The translations under genes were made by a program, and so were the position numbers. Shown one piece after another: positions 1-14,610 of a stretch of DNA of 64,000 nucleotides. The notes beneath the pieces were generated by a model. The model searched no databases. It was not told the origin of the DNA and saw only the letters and a program-made list of their open reading frames with translations. The DNA comes from Mytilus trossulus (Eukaryota), in the NCBI RefSeq assembly GCF_036588685.1, contig NC_086379.1, forward strand, positions 85,126,001 through 85,190,000. The letters are read 5' to 3'. How positions within the stretch are numbered: position 1 is the first letter of the stretch; every line of letters begins with the position of its first letter.

Positions 1-574
1 TTTGAGAGTCCCAAACGACATCGGCATATTCAAGAATTGGGCGAACAAATGATATATAAATTTTTTCAAGTGTAAATCTATCAAGGACATTTTTCATTTT
101 TCTCATAATATTTATTCTTTTGTAAGATTTAGAAACTATATATTCAATATGATCGTTCCAGGATCCGTTATTAGAAAAGAGGACACCTAGATGTTTGTGT
201 TTACCTACTGTTTGTAACTCTTGGGTGTTCATATTTAATGGAGGATGAAAGGGTCTATTTTTTTTTTTTGAAATTATCATACTTTCAGTTTTTTGGGCAT
301 TAAAATTCACAAGCCATTTTTTGGACCAATTATAAATCTTATCTAGATCATCATTTAAAATTTTAGCTGTTTCTGTTGGATTGTCAACCATAATATATAA
401 TGATGTGTCATCTGCGAATAGCTTAATTTGAGCTTGGATATCTTCTACAATATCGTTTATAAATATCAAAAATAGGAGAGGGCCTAGAATGGACCCTTGT
501 GGGACGCCTGCATTTACAGGTAACCATCCAGAACTTGAACCGTTAATAACCACCCGCTGGACTCTATTTGTAAG
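1..574 (-). mobile_element. 5'-truncated non-LTR retrotransposon (CR1/L2-type) reverse transcriptase fragment; open frame runs off the window start
   Basis: My translation of the - strand from 574: LTNRVQRVVINGSSSGWLPVNAGVPQGSILGPLLFLIFINDIVEDIQAQIKLFADDTSLY...KHLGVLFSNNGSWNDHI...FVRPILEYADVVWDSQ. It has the GVPQGSxLGP and FADD RT motifs and no stop in ~190 codons. Confidence 0.93.
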
Positions 575-639
575 ATTACCATTTGTTGTAGTAAGACATA
601 AAAACGTCACGAAAAAACAACAAATAGACAAACAAGAAA

Positions 640-1218
640 GGAGTAGGTCCGGTAAGGGCCGATTTTGGTCTCAAATTTCAGGTTCATTTAACGAAAGTGT
701 TTGGACACTTTTTAAACACTTAAGTGTTTACTTCAATTGATTCGATTAGTTTATGTAAAAGATTTTTACTGATTTTAGTCTTTAAAAACGCTATGATCTA
801 AGCTTAAATATGAAAAATCTATCAAATATGCCAAAAAACGTCACTTTTCAGATGTTTTTTGTCAAAAATGAAAGTGGGCGCATCCGTGTTCATCCTCAAC
901 CTTTATATATGTTTTGTATTATCATCAAATACAACTTACATTTCAATATAATGAATGAACACGAATGCGGCCACTTTCATTTTAGACGGAAACCGTCTGA
1001 AAATTAAACAAAATGCTCAAATTTTGATGATTTCAGTAATTTAGCATGACTTAATGATGCTAGTACGCGATATTTGTGCATTGTATTGTCAAAAACAGCC
1101 CATATTTAAGTTGCAGAAGCATTTTACTTTCCATAATATAGTTTAAAGATTGCATTTTCACAATTTTGAAAAACAGTTATATTTTGGGGCCAAAAAGGGG
1201 TCTTACTGAACCTACTCC
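640..1218. mobile_element. Non-autonomous DNA transposon (MITE, Kolobok-like ends)
   Basis: Terminal inverted repeats aaGGAGTAGGTCCGGTAAG (638-656) and CTTACTGAACCTACTCCtt (1202-1220), 2 mismatches in 19; no convincing coding content. Confidence 0.75.
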
Positions 1219-1594
1219 TTTGACTTGAATATTATAATAAGCAGCACGAACCCCTACTAGGATAATGTCGTGGACAGATACACTATCAACATATTATTCG
1301 GTTAAATTAACTTGTTTTAACAGAGAAAACTTTCTTTTTATATTGGTTAATTTAGTTTAGATCACCTGGTACAAAGGGCTAGCATTATAGCTTTTACCAG
1401 CACTTGCCTTGGGGTATGCCGTCTGCCATTGTCCGTCGTCTGTCATTATCCGTCGTCTGTCTTGTCCGTCGTCCGTTTATCAAGTTACTTTAACGGTAAC
1501 TGTCCTTAAATTACGGATTTTGTCATTTATTTCCATTTCTGCCTTTTGTTCTTAAAATTATAATGGATATACATAATTTTTGTGCAGCAAAAAA

Positions 1595-4500
1595 GATCAT
1601 CCAAACAAGACCTACATTATTTTAACATTATGATCAGCCAAACCAGATCTACAAATAAGTTAACATTATGATTAGCCATACAAGATCTAATGATAAATTA
1701 ACATTATGATCAGCTAAACCAGATCTACAAATAAATTACCATTATGATCAGCCAAACAAGATCTACAAGTACATTACCATTGTGGTCAGCCAAACAAGAT
1801 CTACAAGTAAATTACCATTGTGGTCAGCCAAATAAGATCTACAAGTAAATTACCATTGTGGTCAGCCAAATAAGATCTACAAGTAAATTACCTTTGTGAT
1901 CAGCCAAACAAGAGCTACAAGTAAATTACCATTATGATCAGTCAAACAAGACCTACAAGTAAATTACCATTATGATCATCAAAACAAGATCTACAAGTAA
2001 ATTACCATTGTGATCAGCCAAACAAGATCTACAAGTAAATTACCATTGTGGTCAACCAAACAAGAGCTACAAGTAAGTTACCATTGTGGGCAGCCAAACA
2101 AGATCTACAAGTACATTACCATTGTGGTCAGCCAAACAAGAGCTACAAGTAAGTTACCATTGTGGTCAGCCAAACAAGATCTACAAGTAAATTACCATTG
2201 TGATCAGCCAAACAAGAGCTACAAGTAAATTACCATTGTGGTCAGCCAAACAAGATCTACAAGTAAATTACCATTGTGATCAGCAAAACAAAACCTACAA
2301 ATAAATTACCATTGTGGTCAGCCAAACAAGATCTACAAGTAAATTACCATTGTGATCAGCCAAACAAGATCTACAAGTACATTACCATTGTGGTCAGCCA
2401 AACAAGATCTACAAGTAAATTACCATTGTGGTCAACCAAACAAGAGCTACAAGTAAATTACCATTGTGGTCAGCCAAACAAGATCTAGAAGTAAATTACC
2501 ATTGTGATCAGCCAAACAAGATCTACAAATAAATTACCATTGTGGTCAGCCAAACAAGATCTACAAGTAAGTTACCATTGTGATCAGTTAAACAAGAGCT
2601 ACAAGTAAATTACCATTGTGGTCAGCCAAACAAGATCTACAAGTAAGTTACCATTGTGATCAGTTAAACAAGAGCTACAAGTAAATTACCATTGTGGTCA
2701 GCCAAACAAGAGCTACAAATAAATTACCATTGTGATCAGCTAAACAAGAGCTACAAGTAAGTTACAATTGTGATCAGCCAAACAAGAGCTTCAAGTAAAT
2801 TACCATTGTGGTCAGCCAAACAAGATCTACAAGTAAATTACCATTGTGATCAGCAAAACAAAACCTACAAATAAATTACCATTGTGGTCAGCCAAACAAG
2901 ATCTACAAGTAAATTACCATTGTGATCAGCCAAACAAGATCTACAAGTACATTACCATTGTGGTCAGCCAAACAAGATCTACAAGTAAATTACCATTGTG
3001 GTCAACCAAACAAGAGCTACAAGTAAATTACCATTGTGGTCAGCCAAACAAGATCTAGAAGTAAATTACCATTGTGATCAGCCAAACAAGATCTACAAAT
3101 AAATTACCATTGTGGTCAGCCAAACAAGATCTACAAGTAAATTACCATTGTGATCAGCCAAACAAGATCTACAAATAAATTACCATTGTGGTCAGCCAAA
3201 CAAGATCTACAAATAAATTACCATTGTGATCAGCCAAACAAGAGCTACAAGTAAATTACCATTGTGGTCAGCAAAACAAGAGCTATAAGTAAATTACCAT
3301 TGTGGTCAGCCAAACAAGAGCTACAAATAAATTACCATTGTGATCAGCCAAACAAGAGCTACAAATAAATTACCATTGTGATCAGCTAAACAAGAGCTAC
3401 AAGTAAGTTACAATTGTGATCAGCCAAACAAGAGCTTCAAGTAAATTACCATTGTGGTCAGCCAAACAAGATCTACAAGTAAGTTACCATTGTGATCAGT
3501 TAAACAAGACCTACAAGTAAATTACCATTGTGATCAGCCAAACAAGACCTACAAGTAAATTACCATTGTGATCAGCCAAACAAGATCTACAAAAAAATTA
3601 CCATTGTGATCACCCAAACAAGATCTACAAGTAAATTACCATTGTGATCAACCAAACAAGATCTACAAGTAAATTACCATTGTGATCAGCCAAACAAGAT
3701 CTACAAGTAAATTACCATTGTGATCAGCCAAACAAGAGCTACAAGTAAATTACCATTGTGATCAGCTAAACAAGAGCTACAAGTAAATTACCATTGTGAT
3801 CAGCCGAACAAGATCTACAAGTAAATTACCATTGTGATCAGCCAAACAAGAGCTACAAGTAAATTACCATTGTGATCAGCAAAACAAAATATACAAGTAA
3901 ATTGCCATTGTGATCAGCCAAACAAGATCTACAAGTAAATTACCATTGTGATCAGCCAAACAAGATCTACAGGTAAATTACCATTATGATCATCAAAACA
4001 AGATCTACAAGTAAATAACCATTGTGGTCAGCCAAACAAGATCTACAAGTAAATTACCATTGTGATCAGCCAAACAAGATCTACAAGTAAATTACCATTG
4101 TGATCAGCAAAACAAGATCTACAAGTAAATTACGATTGTGATCAGCAAAACAAGAGTTACAAGTAAATTACCATTGTGATCAGCCAAACAAGAGATACAA
4201 GTAAATTATCATTGTGATCAGAGAAACAAGAGCTAGAAGTAAATTACCATTGTGATCAGTTAAACAAGAGCTACAAGTAAATTACCATTGTGATCAGCCA
4301 AACAAGAGCTACAAGTAAATTACCATTGTAAACAGCAAAACAAGAGCTACAAGTAAGTAACCATTGTGATCAGTTAAACAAGAGCTACAAGTAAATTACC
4401 ATTGTGGTCAGTCAAACAAGATCTACAAGTAAATTACCATTGTGATCAGCAAAAAAAGATCTACAAGTAAATTACCATTGTGATCAGCCAAACAAGAGCT

Positions 4501-7500
4501 ACAAGTAAATTACCATTGTGAACAGCAAAACAAGAGCTACAAGTAAGTTGCCATTGTGACCAGTTAAACAAGAGCTACAAGTAAATTACCATTGTGGTCA
4601 GTCAAACAAGATCTACAAGTAAATTACCATTGTGATCAGCAAAAAAAGATCTACAAGTAAATTACCATTGTTATCAGCCAAACAAGATCTACAAGTAAAT
4701 TAACATTGTGATCAGCCAAACGAGATCTACAAGTAAATTACCATTGTGGTCAGCCAAACAAGAGATACAAGTAAATTACCATTGTAATCAGAGAAACAAG
4801 AGCTACAAGTAAATAACCATTGTGATCAGCAAAACAAGAGCTACAAGTAAATTACCATTGTGATCAGCCAAACAAGAGCTACAAGTAAATAACCATTGTG
4901 ATCAGCAAAACAAGATCTACAAGTAAATTACCATTGTGATCAGCAAAACAAAATATACAAGTAAATTGCCATTGTGGTCAGCCAAACAAGAGCTTCAAGT
5001 AAATTACCATTGTGATCAGCAAAACAAAATATTCAAGTAAATTGCTATTGTGATCAGCCAAACAAGATCTACAAGTAAATTACCATTGTGGTCAGCCAAA
5101 CAAGATCTACAAGTAAATTGCCATTGTGGTCAGCCAAACAAAATATACAAGTAAATTACCATTATGATCAGCCAAACAAGATCTACAAGTAAATTACCAT
5201 TGTGATCAGCAAAACATAATATTCAAGTAAATTACCATTGTGATCAGCAAAACAAAATATACAAGTAAATTACCATTATGATCAGCCAAACAAGATCTAC
5301 AAGTAAATTACCATTATGATCAGCCAAACAAGAGCTACAAGTAAATTACCATTGTGATCGGCAGATCAAAATATTCAAGTAAATTGCCATTGTGATCAGC
5401 CAAACAAGATCTACAAGTAAATTACCATTGTGATCAGCCAAACAAGATCTACAAGTAAATTACCATTGTGGTCAGCCAAACAAGAGCTTCAAGTAAATTA
5501 CCATTGTGATCAGCAAAACAAATTTCAAGTAAATTACCATTGTGATCAGCTAAACAAGAGCTACAATGTAATTACCATTGTGATCAGCCAAACAAGAGCT
5601 ACAAGTAAATTACCATTGTGATCACCCAAACAAGATCTACAAGTAAATTACCATTGTGGTCAGCCAAACAAGATCTACAAATAAATAACCATTGTGGTCA
5701 GCCAAACAAGATCTACAAATAAATTACCATTGCGGTCAGCCAAACAAGAGCTACAAGTAAATTACCATTGTGGTCAGCCAAACAAGACCTACAAGTAGGT
5801 TACCATTGTGATCAGCCAAACAAGAGTTTCAAGTAAATAACCATTGTGGTCAGCCAAACAAGATCTACAAGTAAGTTACCATTGTGATCAGTCAAACAAG
5901 ATCTACAAGTAAATTACCATTGTGATCAGCCAAACAAGAGCTACAAGTAAATTACCATTGTGATCAGCCAAACAAGAGCTACAAGTAAATTACCATTGTG
6001 ATCAGCCGAACAAGATCTACAAGTAAATTACCATTGTGATCAGCCAAACAAGAGCTACAAGTAAATTACCATTGTGATCAGCAAAACAAAATATACAAGT
6101 AAATTGCCATTGTGATCAGCCAAACAAGATCTACAAGTAAATTACCATTGTGATCAGCCAAACAAGATCTACAGGTAAATTACCATTATGATCATCAAAA
6201 CAAGATCTACAAGTAAATAACCATTGTGGTCAGCCAAACAAGATCTACAAGTAAATTACCATTGTGATCAGCCAAACAAGATCTACAAGTAAATTACCAT
6301 TGTGATCAGCAAAACAAGATCTACAAGTAAATTACCATTGTGATCAGCAAAAAAAGATCTACAAGTAAATTACCATTGTGATCAGCCAAACAAGAGCTAC
6401 AAGTAAATTACCATGGGAACAGCAAAACAAGAGCTACAAGTAAGTTACCATTGTGATCAGTTAAACAAGACCTACAAGTAAATTACCATTGTGGTCAGTC
6501 AAACAAGATCTACAAGTAAATTACCATTGTGATCAGCAAAAAAAGATCTACAAGTAAATTACCATTGTTATCAGCCAAACAAGATCTACAAGTAAATTAA
6601 CATTGTGATCAGCCAAACGAGATCTACAAGTAAATTACCATTGTGGTCAGCCAAACCAGACATACAAGTAAATTACCATTGTGATCAGAGAAACAAGAGC
6701 TACAAGTAAATTACCATTGTGATCAGCAAAACAAGAGCTACAAGTAAATTACCATTGTGATCAGCCAAACAAGAGCTACAAGTAAATTACCATTGTGATC
6801 AGCAAAACAAGATCTACAAGTAAATTACCATTGTGATCAGCAAAACAAAATATACAAGTAAATTGCCATTGTGGTCAGCCAAACAAGAGCTTCAAGTAAA
6901 TTACCATTGTGATCAGCAAAACAAAATATTCAAGTAAATTGCTATTGTGATCAGCCAAACAAGATCTACAAGTAAATTACCATTGTGGTCAGCCAAACAA
7001 GATCTACAAGTAAATTGCCATTGTGGTCAGCCAAACAAAATATACAAGTAAATTACCATTATGATCAGCCAAACAAGATCTACAAGTAAATTACCATTGT
7101 GATCAGCAAAACAAAATATTCAAGTAAATTACCATTGTGATCAGCAAAACAAAATAGACAAGTAAATTACCATTATGATCAGCCAAACAAGATCTACAAG
7201 TAAATTACCATTATGATCAGCCAAACAAGAGCTACAAGTAAATTACCATTGTGATCGGCAGATCAAAATATTCAAGTAAATTGCCATTGTGATCAGCCAA
7301 ACAAGATCTACAAGTAAATTACCATTGTGATCAGCCAAACAAGAGCTTCAAGTAAATTACCATTGTGATCAGCAAAACAAATTTCAAGTAAATTACCATT
7401 GTGATCAGCTAAACAAGAGCTACAATGTAATTACCATTGTGATCAGCCAAACAAGAGCTACAAGTAAATTACCATTGTGATCACCCAAACAAGATCTACA

Positions 7501-10500
7501 AGTTAATTACCATTGTGGTCAGCCAAACAAGATCTACAAATAAAAAACCATTGTGGTCAGCCAAACAAGATCTACAAATAAATTACCATTGCGGTCAGCC
7601 AAACAAGACCTACAAATAAAAAACCATTGTGGTCAGCCAAACAAGAGCTACAAGTAAATTACCATTGTGGTCAGCCAAACAAGACCTACAAGTAGGTTAC
7701 CATTGTGATCAGCCAAACAAGAGTTTCAAGTAAATTACCATTGTGGTCAGCCAAACAAGATCTACAAGTAAGTTACCATTGTGATCAGTCAAACAAGATC
7801 TACAAGTAAATTACCATTGTGATCAGCCAAACAAGAGCTACAAGTAAATTACCATTAGGATCAGCTAAACAAGAGCTACAAGTAAATTACCATTGTGATC
7901 AGCCGAACAAGATCTACAAGTAAATTACCATTGTGATCAGCCAAACAAGAGCTACAAGTAAATTACCATTGTGATCAGCAAAACAAAATATACAAGTAAA
8001 TTGCCATTGTGATCAGCCAAACAAGATCTACAAGTAAATTACCATTGTGATCAGCCAAACAAGATCTACAGGTAAATTACCATTATGATCATCAAAACAA
8101 GATCTACAAGTAAATAACCATTGTGGTCAGCCAAACAAGATCTACAAGTAAATTACCATTGTGATCAGCCAAACAAGATCTACAAGTAAATTACCATTGT
8201 GATCAGCAAAACAAGATCTACAAGTAAATTACGATTGTGATCAGCAAAACAAGAGTTACAAGTAAATTACCATTGTGATCAGCCAAACAAGAGATACAAG
8301 TAAATTATCATTGTGATCAGAGAAACAAGAGCTAGAAGTAAATTACCATTGTGATCAGTTAAACAAGAGCTACAAGTAAATTACCATTGTGATCAGCCAA
8401 ACAAGAGCTACAAGTAAATTACCATTGTAAACAGCAAAACAAGAGCTACAAGTAAGTAACCATTGTGATCAGTTAAACAAGAGCTACAAGTAAATTACCA
8501 TTGTGGTCAGTCAAACAAGATCTACAAGTAAATTACCATTGTGATCAGCAAAAAAAGATCTACAAGTAAATTACCATTGTGATCAGCCAAACAAGAGCTA
8601 CAAGTAAATTACCATTGTGAACAGCAAAACAAGAGCTACAAGTAAGTTGCCATTGTGACCAGTTAAACAAGAGCTACAAGTAAATTACCATTGTGGTCAG
8701 TCAAACAAGATCTACAAGTAAATTACCATTGTGATCAGCAAAAAAAGATCTACAAGTAAATTACCATTGTTATCAGCCAAACAAGATCTACAAGTAAATT
8801 AACATTGTGATCAGCCAAACGAGATCTACAAGTAAATTACCATTGTGGTCAGCCAAACAAGAGATACAAGTAAATTACCATTGTGATCAGAGAAACAAGA
8901 GCTACAAGTAAATAACCATTGTGATCAGCAAAACAAGAGCTACAAGTAAATTACCATTGTGATCAGCCAAACAAGAGCTACAAGTAAATAACCATTGTGA
9001 TCAGCAAAACAAGATCTACAAGTAAATTACCATTGTGATCAGCAAAACAAAATATACAAGTAAATTGCCATTGTGGTCAGCCAAACAAGAGCTTCAAGTA
9101 AATTACCATTGTGATCAGCAAAACAAAATATTCAAGTAAATTGCTATTGTGATCAGCCAAACAAGATCTACAAGTAAATTACCATTGTGGTCAGCCAAAC
9201 AAGATCTACAAGTAAATTGCCATTGTGGTCAGCCAAACAAAATATACAAGTAAATTACCATTATGATCAGCCAAACAAGATCTACAAGTAAATTACCATT
9301 GTGATCAGCAAAACATAATATTCAAGTAAATTACCATTGTGATCAGCAAAACAAAATATACAAGTAAATTACCATTATGATCAGCCAAACAAGATCTACA
9401 AGTAAATTACCATTATGATCAGCCAAACAAGAGCTACAAGTAAATTACCATTGTGATCGGCAGATCAAAATATTCAAGTAAATTGCCATTGTGATCAGCC
9501 AAACAAGATCTACAAGTAAATTACCATTGTGATCAGCCAAACAAGATCTACAAGTAAATTACCATTGTGGTCAGCCAAACAAGAGCTTCAAGTAAATTAC
9601 CATTGTGATCAGCAAAACAAATTTCAAGTAAATTACCATTGTGATCAGCTAAACAAGAGCTACAATGTAATTACCATTGTGATCAGCCAAACAAGAGCTA
9701 CAAGTAAATTACCATTGTGATCACCCAAACAAGATCTACAAGTAAATTACCATTGTGGTCAGCCAAACAAGATCTACAAATAAATAACCATTGTGGTCAG
9801 CCAAACAAGATCTACAAATAAATTACCATTGCGGTCAGCCAAACAAGAGCTACAAGTAAATTACCATTGTGGTCAGCCAAACAAGACCTACAAGTAGGTT
9901 ACCATTGTGATCAGCCAAACAAGAGTTTCAAGTAAATAACCATTGTGGTCAGCCAAACAAGATCTACAAGTAAGTTACCATTGTGATCAGTCAAACAAGA
10001 TCTACAAGTAAATTACCATTGTGATCAGCCAAACAAGAGCTACAAGTAAATTACCATTGTGATCAGCTAAACAAGAGCTACAAGTAAATTACCATTGTGA
10101 TCAGCCGAACAAGATCTACAAGTAAATTACCATTGTGATCAGCCAAACAAGAGCTACAAGTAAATTACCATTGTGATCAGCAAAACAAAATATACAAGTA
10201 AATTGCCATTGTGATCAGCCAAACAAGATCTACAAGTAAATTACCATTGTGATCAGCCAAACAAGATCTACAGGTAAATTACCATTATGATCATCAAAAC
10301 AAGATCTACAAGTAAATAACCATTGTGGTCAGCCAAACAAGATCTACAAGTAAATTACCATTGTGATCAGCCAAACAAGATCTACAAGTAAATTACCATT
10401 GTGATCAGCAAAACAAGATCTACAAGTAAATTACCATTGTGATCAGCAAAAAAAGATCTACAAGTAAATTACCATTGTGATCAGCCAAACAAGAGCTACA

Positions 10501-13500
10501 AGTAAATTACCATGGGAACAGCAAAACAAGAGCTACAAGTAAGTTACCATTGTGATCAGTTAAACAAGACCTACAAGTAAATTACCATTGTGGTCAGTCA
10601 AACAAGATCTACAAGTAAATTACCATTGTGATCAGCAAAAAAAGATCTACAAGTAAATTACCATTGTTATCAGCCAAACAAGATCTACAAGTAAATTAAC
10701 ATTGTGATCAGCCAAACGAGATCTACAAGTAAATTACCATTGTGGTCAGCCAAACCAGACATACAAGTAAATTACCATTGTGATCAGAGAAACAAGAGCT
10801 ACAAGTAAATTACCATTGTGATCAGCAAAACAAGAGCTACAAGTAAATTACCATTGTGATCAGCCAAACAAGAGCTACAAGTAAATTACCATTGTGATCA
10901 GCAAAACAAGATCTACAAGTAAATTACCATTGTGATCAGCAAAACAAAATATACAAGTAAATTGCCATTGTGGTCAGCCAAACAAGAGCTTCAAGTAAAT
11001 TACCATTGTGATCAGCAAAACAAAATATTCAAGTAAATTGCTATTGTGATCAGCCAAACAAGATCTACAAGTAAATTACCATTGTGGTCAGCCAAACAAG
11101 ATCTACAAGTAAATTGCCATTGTGGTCAGCCAAACAAAATATACAAGTAAATTACCATTATGATCAGCCAAACAAGATCTACAAGTAAATTACCATTGTG
11201 ATCAGCAAAACAAAATATTCAAGTAAATTACCATTGTGATCAGCAAAACAAAATATACAAGTAAATTACCATTATGATCAGCCAAACAAGATCTACAAGT
11301 AAATTACCATTATGATCAGCCAAACAAGAGCTACAAGTAAATTATCATTGTGATCGGCAGATCAAAATATTCAAGTAAATTGCCATTGTGATCAGCCAAA
11401 CAAGATCTACAAGTAAATTACCATTGTGATCAGCCAAACAAGAGCTTCAAGTAAATTACCATTGTGATCAGCAAAACAAATTTCAAGTAAATTACCATTG
11501 TGATCAGCTAAACAAGAGCTACAATGTAATTACCATTGTGATCAGCCAAACAAGAGCTACAAGTAAATTACCATTGTGATCACCCAAACAAGATCTACAA
11601 GTTAATTACCATTGTGGTCAGCCAAACAAGATCTACAAATAAAAAACCATTGTGGTCAGCCAAACAAGATCTACAAATAAATTACCATTGCGGTCAGCCA
11701 AACAAGACCTACAAATAAAAAACCATTGTGGTCAGCCAAACAAGAGCTACAAGTAATTTACCATTGTGATCAGTTAAACAAGAGCTACAAGTAAATTACC
11801 ATTGTGGTCAGTCAAACAAGATCTACAAGTAAATTACCATTGTGATCAGCAAAAAAAGATCTACAAGTAAATTACCATTGTTATCAGCCAAACAAGATCT
11901 ACAAGTAAATTAACATTGTGATCAGCCAAACGAGATCTACAAGTAAATTACCATTGTGGTCAGCCAAACAAGAGATACAAGTAAATTACCATTGTGATCA
12001 GAGAAACAAGAGCTACAAGTAAATTACCATTGTGATCAGCAAAACAAGAGCTACAAGTAAATTACCATTGTGATCAGCCAAACAAGAGCTACAAGTAAAT
12101 TACCATTGTGATCAGCAAAACAAGATCTACAAGTAAATTACCATTGTGATCAGCAAAACAAAATATACAAGTAAATTGCCATTGTGGTCAGCCAAACAAG
12201 AGCTTCAAGTAAATTACCATTGTGATCAGCAAAACAAAATATTCAAGTAAATTGCTATTGTGATCAGCCAAACAAGATCTACAAGTAAATTACCATTGTG
12301 GTCAGCCAAACAAGATCTACAAGTAAATTGCCATTGTGGTCAGCCAAACAAAATATACAAGTAAATTACCATTATGATCAGCCAAACAAGATCTACAAGT
12401 AAATTACCATTGTGATCAGCAAAACAAAATATTCAAGTAAATTACCATTGTGATCAGCAAAACAAAATATACAAGTAAATTACCATTATGATCAGCCAAA
12501 CAAGATCTACAAGTAAATTACCATTATGATCAGCCAAACAAGAGCTACAAGTAAATTACCATTGTGATCGGCAGATCAAAATATTCAAGTAAATTGCCAT
12601 TGTGATCAGCCAAACAAGATCTACAAGTAAATTACCATTGTGATCAGCCAAACAAGATCTACAAGTAAATTACCATTGTGGTCAGCCAAACAAGAGCTGC
12701 AAGTAAATTACCATTGTGATCAGCAAAACAAATTTCAAGTAAATTACCATTGTGATCAGCTAAACAAGAGCTACAATGTAATTACCATTGTGATCAGCCA
12801 AACAAGAGCTACAAGTAAATTACCATTGTGATCACCCAAACAAGATCTACAAGTAAATTACCATTGTGGTCAGCCAAACAAGATCTACAAATAAATAACC
12901 ATTGTGGTCAGCCAAACAAGATCTACAAATAAATTACCATTGCGGTCAGCCAAACAAGAGCTACAAGTAAATTACCATTGTGGTCAGCCAAACAAGACCT
13001 ACAAGTAGGTTACCATTGTGATCAGCCAAACAAGAGTTTCAAGTAAATTACCATTGTGGTCAGCCAAACAAGATCTACAAATAAGTTACCATTGTGATCA
13101 GTCAAACAAGATCTACAAGTAAATTACCATTGTGATCAGCCAAACAAGAGCTACAAGTAAATTACCATTGTAATAAGAGAAACAAGAGCTAGAAGTAAAT
13201 TACCATTGTGGTCAGCCAAACAAAATATACAAGTAAATTACCATTGTGATCAGCCAAACAAGAGCTACAAGTCAATTACAATTGTGATCAGCCAAACAAG
13301 ATCTACAAGTAAATTACCATTGTGGTCAGTCAAACAAGATCTACAAGTAAATTACCATTGTGGTCAGCCAAACAATATCTACAAGTAAATTACCATTGTG
13401 ATCAGCCAAACAAGAGCTACAAGTAAATTACCATTGTGATCAGCCAAACAAGATCTACAAGTAAATTACCATTGTGGTCAGCCAAACAAGAGCTACAAGT

Positions 13501-14339
13501 AAATTATCATTGTGATCAGCCAAACAAGATCTACAAGTAAATTACCATTGTGATCAGCCAAACAAGATCTACAAGTAAATTACCATTGTGATCAGCCAAA
13601 TAAGATCTACAAGTAAATTACCATTGTGGTCAGCCAAACAAGATCTACAAGTAAATTACCATTGTGATCAGCCAAACAAGATCTACAAGTAAATTACCAT
13701 TGTGGTCAGCAAAACAAGATCTACAAGTAAATTACCATTATGATCAGCCAAACAAGATCTACAAGTTAATTACCATTGTGATCAGCCAAACAGGATCTAC
13801 AAGTAAATTACGATTGTGGTCAGCTAAACAAAATCTACAAGTAAATTACCATTGTGATCAGCTAAACAAGAGCTACAAGTAAATTACCATTGTGGTCAGC
13901 CAAACAAGAGCTACAAGTAAATTATCATTGTGATCAGCCAAACAAGATCTACAAGAAAATTACCATTGTGGTCAGCAAAACAAGATCTACAAGTAAATTA
14001 CCATTGTGGTCAACCAAACAAGATCTACAAGTAAATTACCATTGTGATCAGCCAAACAAGATCTACAAGTAAATTATTATTGTGATCAGCCAAACAAAAT
14101 ATACAAGTAAATTACCATTGTGGTCAGCCAAACAAGACCTACAAGTAAATTATCATTGTGATCAGCCAAACAAGATCTACAAGTAAATAACCATTGTGAT
14201 CAGCAAAACAAAATATTCAAGTAAATTACCATTGTGGTCAGAAAAACAAGAGCTACAAGTAAATTATCATTGTGATCAGCAAAACAAAATATACAAGTAA
14301 ATTACCATTGTGATCAGCTAAACAAGATCTACAAATAAG
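1595..14339. repeat. 38-bp satellite array, ~335 units, with higher-order periodicity
   Basis: Consensus AAATTACCATTGTGATCAGCCAAACAAGATCTACAAGT. Diagnostic variants recur at 570 bp (2276/2846) and 4099 bp (ccatgggaac at 6411/10510; identical ORFs at 5430/9529). Confidence 0.99.
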
Positions 14340-14610
14340 TTACAGCACATTTCAGTCAGTATGTAGCTAATGGTAATATCTTTAGTTAGCTTGCTTGTTA
14401 GCTGAACCGTGAAGTCATTGTTAGGTAAGGTAAACTTCCCTCCTTTAATAGTAGACTAGCCCAACAGATAAAATCTATCTCTCTGTAGGACTAAGCTACT
14501 ATTAAAGGAGGGAAGTTTACCTTACCTAACAATGACTTCACGGTTCAGCTAACAAGCAGGCTAACCAAAGATATTACCATTAGCTACATACTAACTGAAA
14601 TGTGCTGTAA
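14340..14610. mobile_element. 271-bp foldback/palindromic MITE
   Basis: Arms 14340-14454 and 14496-14610 are reverse complements with ~3 mismatches in 115 bp; direct repeat aataagtta on both flanks. Confidence 0.9.

Noticed and set aside
489-1007. + strand ORFs of 83 aa and 65 aa
   Set aside because: Antisense to the RT fragment or inside a MITE; no protein motifs.
1595-14339. 38-bp repeats as a CRISPR array; ORFs such as MISQTRSTSKLPLW as genes
   Set aside because: Units are head-to-tail with no unique spacers, there are no cas genes and the context is eukaryotic. The ORFs are read-throughs of the satellite with frequent stops.
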